From: an uncultured virus (IMG/VR IMGVR_UViG_3300020727_000702)
Taxonomy: Duplodnaviria > Heunggongvirae > Uroviricota > Caudoviricetes
IMG/VR virus record: IMGVR_UViG_3300020727_000702
Reading direction: 5' to 3' (one strand)
DNA length: 20,000 bases
The notes beneath the pieces are model-generated. The model searched no databases and was not told where the DNA came from. It saw only the letters and a list, made by a program, of their open reading frames with translations. Shown here in pieces: positions 15,906 through 20,000 of the stretch. The position numbers and the translations under genes are program-made. The first letter of the stretch is position 1. Every line of letters begins with the position of its first letter.

Positions 15906-16127
15906 ATGGGTAAGCAACAACACAAACCCAGTGCTCGCGCACTCGCTGTACATGATGATCTAGGTAAGTTTTTGGATTTCTGTGTTGAATACGGATACAG
16001 ATATAATGAAAACGATTTGTATAATTTCAAAGCATATGCTTGGCAACAGTATAACAAATTTGTTCAAGGCAAAAACGCTAAGAATATGTGGGTTGAAGAT
16101 GCACGCCGTTTAGGAAGAGCAATTTGA
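15906..16127 (+). CDS. Hypothetical protein
   Basis: 73 aa ORF with SD AAGGA, overlapping the next gene (TTGA). Confidence 0.65.
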   Translation: MGKQQHKPSARALAVHDDLGKFLDFCVEYGYRYNENDLYNFKAYAWQQYNKFVQGKNAKNMWVEDARRLGRAI

Positions 16128-17197
16128 CCGTTTTTTTAGTCGATCTCGAAAGTGTTTCCACTCGTTATACTTGCGAGTGGAAAACTCACTTACCAACACT
16201 TTTACGCAAGGCAGGACACAATGTTCAAGTTATCTCTGGGCCTGAGGATATTCCTTCAGCCACTACTCCTGGTGCTTTTCTTAATTTTGGTGGCACCAAT
16301 ATATACAAGTCTAGTCAAGTTGAACAAATGGGGCGTCTATTTTGCGCCGGATCAGTACAGCCTGGCGATCACTTCTTGTTTACCGATGCTTGGCATCCTG
16401 GTGTCATCAACTTAAAATACATGAGTGAGTTATTACAGATTCCTGTAACACTACACGGTTTATGGCACAGCGGTAGTTATGATCCTGAAGATTTTCTAGG
16501 GCGTTTAATTGGAGATAAACCTTGGGTTAGATTCGCTGAGAAGAGTTTCTTTGAAGCATTTGATCATAACTACTTTGCTACCGAATTCCATATCAATATG
16601 TTTTGTAAGAATTTGTTACATATTGGAATGACACAAACTATTGATGGTTTTAAAGAGTTAGGAAAGATTGTACAAACAGGATGGCCAATGGAATATATGG
16701 AGGAAACGTTGGCTCCATATAAAAATTTACCTAAACGCGATTTAATCGTATTCCCGCACAGAATCGCTCCAGAAAAACAAGTTGAAATATTTAGAGATTT
16801 GGCACATTGGTTACCAGACTATGAATTCGTTGTTTGTCAAGACCATCAATTAACTAAGCACGAATATCACACATTGTTAGGTGAAGCAAAAATAGTATTC
16901 AGTGCCAACTTACAAGAAACATTGGGAATTAGTTGTTACGAGGGAGCCATATTAGATTGTATTCCTCTTGTTCCCGATAGATTAAGTTATCGAGAAATGT
17001 ATCAAGATAATTTTAAATATCCCAGTGCTTGGACCAAAAACTTTAAATCATATGAATTACATCGAGCAGATATATGTAAAACTATATTTGAAGATATCGA
17101 AACATATGATATTCGAAGACCATACATTGCTAAACAAGCCAAAAGTTTAACCGAACGATTCTTTTCGGCGACAAATTTATTAAACAATTTAAAATAA
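16124..17197 (+). CDS. GT-B glycosyltransferase, GTDC1/QTMAN-like
   Basis: IVFPHRIAPEK, E-X7-E in ETLGISCYE, and CIPLVPDRLSYREM. TTG start overlapping the upstream stop. Confidence 0.8.
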   Translation: MTVFLVDLESVSTRYTCEWKTHLPTLLRKAGHNVQVISGPEDIPSATTPGAFLNFGGTNIYKSSQVEQMGRLFCAGSVQPGDHFLFTDAWHPGVINLKYMSELLQIPVTLHGLWHSGSYDPEDFLGRLIGDKPWVRFAEKSFFEAFDHNYFATEFHINMFCKNLLHIGMTQTIDGFKELGKIVQTGWPMEYMEETLAPYKNLPKRDLIVFPHRIAPEKQVEIFRDLAHWLPDYEFVVCQDHQLTKHEYHTLLGEAKIVFSANLQETLGISCYEGAILDCIPLVPDRLSYREMYQDNFKYPSAWTKNFKSYELHRADICKTIFEDIETYDIRRPYIAKQAKSLTERFFSATNLLNNLK

Positions 17198-17200
17198 CAG

Positions 17201-17230
17201 TTGACAAGAACCTAAATAAACCTGTATAAT
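17201..17230 (+). promoter_or_regulatory. Consensus sigma70 promoter for folE with embedded TAAATA
   Basis: TTGACA-N18-TATAAT, TAAATA at 17213-17218, SD GGAG before ATG 17249. Confidence 0.75.
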
Positions 17231-17248
17231 GTATTACACGGAGAACTT

Positions 17249-18049
17249 ATGACATCATTTACAACAGAAGATAGAATTAACGCAAATAAACTAGTTGAAG
17301 AAGCCCCGTATCATCCTGGATACGAAGATGCCGCAATGAATATGAGCGACAAAGGTTACAAAGAAACTAACCTAGCAGACGCTATCCGCTTTAAAATGAA
17401 GCGTGATAAAAAACGTTTTTGGGCTGGTGATAATATTAGTGATTACTTACACGAAGGTGATAAGGAAATCCTAATCAAGGAAGCCACAGAAGCTTTTGAA
17501 AAAGTGTTGGACACACTATTGATTGATCGTGAAAACGATCCTAATAGTCACGGTACAGCCAAGCGACTAGCTAAAATGTATTTTACCGAAATCATGGCTG
17601 GTCGCTATGAACCTGCCCCAGATTGTACAGCATTTCCAAATAATAGCAAGGATAGATATGAAGGTATGTTGGTTGTACGGAGTGAGCTCCGTAGTATGTG
17701 TAGTCATCACCATCAGCCTGTCGTTGGGGTCGCTTATATTGGGATCATTGCTGCTGACAGGCTTATTGGACTTAGTAAGTATACTCGCATTGCTCAGTGG
17801 TGTGCTCGCCGTGGTACACTTCAAGAAGAATTGTGTAACGACATCGCAAGAGAAATAATGAAAGCAACAGGTAGTAAAGATGTAGGGGTTTATATCGAAT
17901 GTGAGCATGGCTGTTGCATTAACAGGGGCATTATGGCTCATAGTTCGTTAACACAAACAGCGGTACTACTTGGGGCTTTTAATAGCGATATGGGTACTAA
18001 GAAAGAGTTTTACGATAATATTAAACTACAATCAAGAAACGGCAAGTAA
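17249..18049 (+). CDS. folE: GTP cyclohydrolase I
   Basis: TAKRLAKMY, SMCSHH (Zn ligands), GLSKYTRI, RRGTLQEEL and HGCCINRG. It has an N-terminal extension. Confidence 0.95.
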   Translation: MTSFTTEDRINANKLVEEAPYHPGYEDAAMNMSDKGYKETNLADAIRFKMKRDKKRFWAGDNISDYLHEGDKEILIKEATEAFEKVLDTLLIDRENDPNSHGTAKRLAKMYFTEIMAGRYEPAPDCTAFPNNSKDRYEGMLVVRSELRSMCSHHHQPVVGVAYIGIIAADRLIGLSKYTRIAQWCARRGTLQEELCNDIAREIMKATGSKDVGVYIECEHGCCINRGIMAHSSLTQTAVLLGAFNSDMGTKKEFYDNIKLQSRNGK

Positions 18050-18128
18050 TCCGAACCCATTATCTCTCCAAGTTTTTGTTGGATCGATATTTAAGTGATT
18101 GATTTTTTTGCTTGCCCTGCCGTTTTAG

Positions 18129-18157
18129 TTGATTTTATTTTATTAAACCTATATAAT
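18129..18157 (+). promoter_or_regulatory. Sigma70-type promoter
   Basis: TTGATT-N17-TATAAT. Confidence 0.6.
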
Positions 18158-18188
18158 AGTTTTATGATTAAACTGGATGTTGTGACAA

Positions 18189-18332
18189 ATGAGAAAAGTT
18201 CCACTAAGTCAGCAAAAATGTAAGTATAAAGGTTGCAAACACAAGCGGTTTTTAAGGTTGTGGGCAGTTGGGTATTGCTACGAACACGCTTTTGAAAACT
18301 TAAAGAAATCTAAAGAAAGAGTTTATGGATAA
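18189..18332 (+). CDS. Putative 47-aa basic zinc-finger peptide
   Basis: MRKVPLSQQKCKYKGCKHKRFLRLWAVGYCYEHAFENLKKSKERVYG*, with C-x4-C-x13-C-x2-H. It lies downstream of a promoter and has a weak SD. Confidence 0.45.
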   Translation: MRKVPLSQQKCKYKGCKHKRFLRLWAVGYCYEHAFENLKKSKERVYG

Positions 18333-18362
18333 TATTAAATTACAACAGGACTTCGCACCAAG

Positions 18363-18440
18363 ATGATTGATCAAATTTTACACGAAATTTATGTATATTG
18401 GATTATGCTTATCGCATTTATCCAGCATCTTTTTTCATAA
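18363..18440 (+). CDS. Putative 25-aa hydrophobic peptide
   Basis: MIDQILHEIYVYWIMLIAFIQHLFS*. ATGA overlap with the stop of the orphan folE tail; it ends right at the SD of the next gene. Confidence 0.45.
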   Translation: MIDQILHEIYVYWIMLIAFIQHLFS

Positions 18441-18449
18441 GGAAATAAC

Positions 18450-18674
18450 ATGGACAATATAAACATTCTAGCTAACAGAGCTATCGAACGAGCAAAAAAC
18501 TTACAAGAGTTTTTAGTTTTTCGAGATATGGATGAATTAGTGTTTGATGGCAATCCTATGCCGTACAGTATTAATCATGTTATGGGCGGTCCTGTAGAAA
18601 TTATGGTTCCTGCTATTAGTCAAGAAGAAGCTGAACAACGAGTCAATAATTGGTTAAAAGGTCAACGAGCTTAA
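18450..18674 (+). CDS. Hypothetical protein
   Basis: 74 aa ORF with SD AAGGA. Confidence 0.65.
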   Translation: MDNINILANRAIERAKNLQEFLVFRDMDELVFDGNPMPYSINHVMGGPVEIMVPAISQEEAEQRVNNWLKGQRA

Positions 18675-18753
18675 ATACAGTTAGCGGTCTTTCGGCGTCA
18701 TCCCGCTTTACAAATTCTGCCGCCTATGCTATAATTTAACATAGGAGAAACAA
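18672..18753 (+). promoter_or_regulatory. queD leader: TAAATA motif, putative pseudoknot, SD-sequestering hairpin and overlapping sigma70 promoter
   Basis: Stems AGCGG/CCGCT, CGGCG/TGCCG and CCTATG/CATAGG, the last covering AGGAG. TTTACA-N17-TATAAT at 18707-18735. Confidence 0.55.
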
Positions 18754-19257
18754 ATGGCAAACCAAGCAATTCAATACAAATATACAAGTACCAAAGAGTA
18801 TCACAACGCATTTCCTTGCGCTTATCGTCAATGGAGAGCAGACAGTCATTGTAACTTAATTCACGGCTACGCATTTAGTATGAAGTTTTATTTTGGCACA
18901 AACGACTTGGATGTGCGTAACTGGGCAGCCGATTATGGTGGCTTGAAAGAACTTAAAGGTATTTTAGAAAGTCAATTTGATCATACTTTACTAGTAGCAG
19001 AGGATGATCCAGAGCTAAACTTTTATAAAGAAATGGAAAAGCGTAAATTAGCCAAACTTACTATCCTTCCTAAACTTGGGTGTGAAGGTCTAGCAGATCA
19101 ACTTTACAAATATGTCAACGGTGTTTATATTCCAGATATGTGGGGTAGTGCTGAAGCTGACCGTTTATGGTGCTATCGTGTGGAAGTTCGCGAAACACAA
19201 TCAAATATGGCTTTTAGAGAGGGGCATAGATGTTGGGACGAAGACCTTTTTGCATAA
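18754..19257 (+). CDS. queD: 6-carboxy-5,6,7,8-tetrahydropterin synthase (QueD/PTPS family)
   Basis: HCNLIHGY, DYGGLK, FDHTLL, GCEGLA and VEVRET motifs. Near folE, strong SD. Confidence 0.85.
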   Translation: MANQAIQYKYTSTKEYHNAFPCAYRQWRADSHCNLIHGYAFSMKFYFGTNDLDVRNWAADYGGLKELKGILESQFDHTLLVAEDDPELNFYKEMEKRKLAKLTILPKLGCEGLADQLYKYVNGVYIPDMWGSAEADRLWCYRVEVRETQSNMAFREGHRCWDEDLFA

Positions 19258-19293
19258 TTTTATCACAATGTCCCTAACAAAACGCACATTTTG

Positions 19294-19301
19294 TATAAAT
19301 A
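19294..19301 (+). promoter_or_regulatory. T4-type late promoter of the endonuclease gene
   Basis: Exact TATAAATA followed by SD AAGGAG and ATG 19320. Confidence 0.65.
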
Positions 19302-19319
19302 CCAGTAAGGAGATCAAAA

Positions 19320-20000
19320 ATGTTCTATTACTTGTATGAAATTAAAAATACCGTAAACAATAAAATTTACGTAGGCGTCCATCAAACAAAAGATATAAAT
19401 GATGGATATATGGGAAGCGGGACTGTCATAAACAGAGCGTATGAAAAATACGGAAAAGAACAGTTTGTTAAAACTGTTCTTGAATATTTTAATACTCGTG
19501 AAGATATGATTAGTCAAGAAATAGAAATTGTAAATGAGGATTTCTTATTAAGAGATGATACTTACAATGTAAGACGCGGCGGAACTGGAGGGTTTGATTA
19601 CATCAACAAAAACGGATTAAACATAAATCACGCACCTAGGTCTGATGAATTTAAGAAGAACTTGTCTGAGAGGATGAAAAACGATAATCCGAGTAAACGA
19701 CCAGGGGCTAAAGAGAGAATGAGTGTAGCAACAAAAAAAGTAATGGAGCAAGGAACTCATCCGTTTTTGGACCCAGAAAAGCAAAGAGAATTATCTAACA
19801 GGCCGAGAAAAGATGGTAGAACCAAATCAGAAGTTTCAAAGGAAACAGCAAGTAGAATGGTAGAAAATGGAACTCATAGTTTTTTGAAAATGAATTCTGA
19901 AAAAATACCATGTGAGCATTGTGGTAAGGTGATATCTTACCCAAACTACAAAAGATGGCACGGAACAAAATGCCGTGAATGGAACGAAGATTTATTTGAG
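19320..20000 (+). CDS. GIY-YIG (Seg-like) homing endonuclease, stop codon beyond the window
   Basis: Not in the ORF track. Manual translation: MFYYLYEIKNTVNNKIYVGVHQTKDINDGYMGSG...QEIEIV...YNVRRGGTGG. It then has two GTH[P/S]FL repeats and a C-terminal CEHCGK...RWHGTKC zinc finger. Open for 227 codons. Confidence 0.9.
   Translation, partial: MFYYLYEIKNTVNNKIYVGVHQTKDINDGYMGSGTVINRAYEKYGKEQFVKTVLEYFNTREDMISQEIEIVNEDFLLRDDTYNVRRGGTGGFDYINKNGLNINHAPRSDEFKKNLSERMKNDNPSKRPGAKERMSVATKKVMEQGTHPFLDPEKQRELSNRPRKDGRTKSEVSKETASRMVENGTHSFLKMNSEKIPCEHCGKVISYPNYKRWHGTKCREWNEDLFE

Larger units (their letters stand above)
17999..18366 (+). repeat. Imperfect direct repeat of the folE 3' end (17999-18031 and 18313-18345); second copy continues as an orphan C-terminus
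   Basis: AAGAAAGAGTTTTACGATAATATTAAACTACAA vs AAGAAAGAGTTTATGGATAATATTAAATTACAA, 29/33 identical. They read KKEFYDNIKLQSRNGK* vs KKEFMDNIKLQQDFAPR*. Confidence 0.85.

Noticed and set aside
943..19517. Numerous short minus-strand and alternate-frame ORFs in the track (e.g. 2745-3062, 7021-7311, 17567-17941, 19112-19339, 19314-19517)
   Set aside because: They are shadows of longer motif-bearing genes, with no recognisable motifs of their own.
1..20000. Stop-codon reassignment, CRISPR arrays, tRNA or rRNA genes, IS elements
   Set aside because: Genes are full length in the standard code and end in TAA, TAG and TGA. No repeat-spacer array, cloverleaf or transposase was seen.

Overview
AT-rich, gene-dense segment of a large T4-like (myovirus-type) phage genome in the standard genetic code. 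Nearly all genes are on the + strand. The left end holds a partial minus-strand GIY-YIG homing endonuclease, a Dps/ferritin-like gene, two acidic mosaic proteins that may be protease-processed capsid-internal polyproteins, and a secreted Cys-rich protein. A replication module follows: a GT4 glycosyltransferase, a DsbA/GapR-like DNA-binding protein, a family B DNA polymerase, a methyltransferase-fold protein and a gp45-like clamp. This runs directly into a 7-deazaguanine modification cluster: a DpdA/TGT-like transglycosylase, FolE, QueD and a DpdL-like T-fold protein. The cluster is interleaved with a Gfo/Idh/MocA oxidoreductase, a Zn-dependent dehydrogenase and a glycosyltransferase resembling the queuosine mannosyltransferase GTDC1/QTMAN. 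The most interesting inference is a replication-coupled, glycosylated 7-deazaguanine DNA hypermodification pathway. Both folE and queD have duplicated, diverged C-termini flanking insertions, the queD one being a GIY-YIG endonuclease. Several structured RNA leaders or ncRNA candidates and composite sigma70/late promoters are visible. All family calls come from motif recognition by eye; no database search was run.
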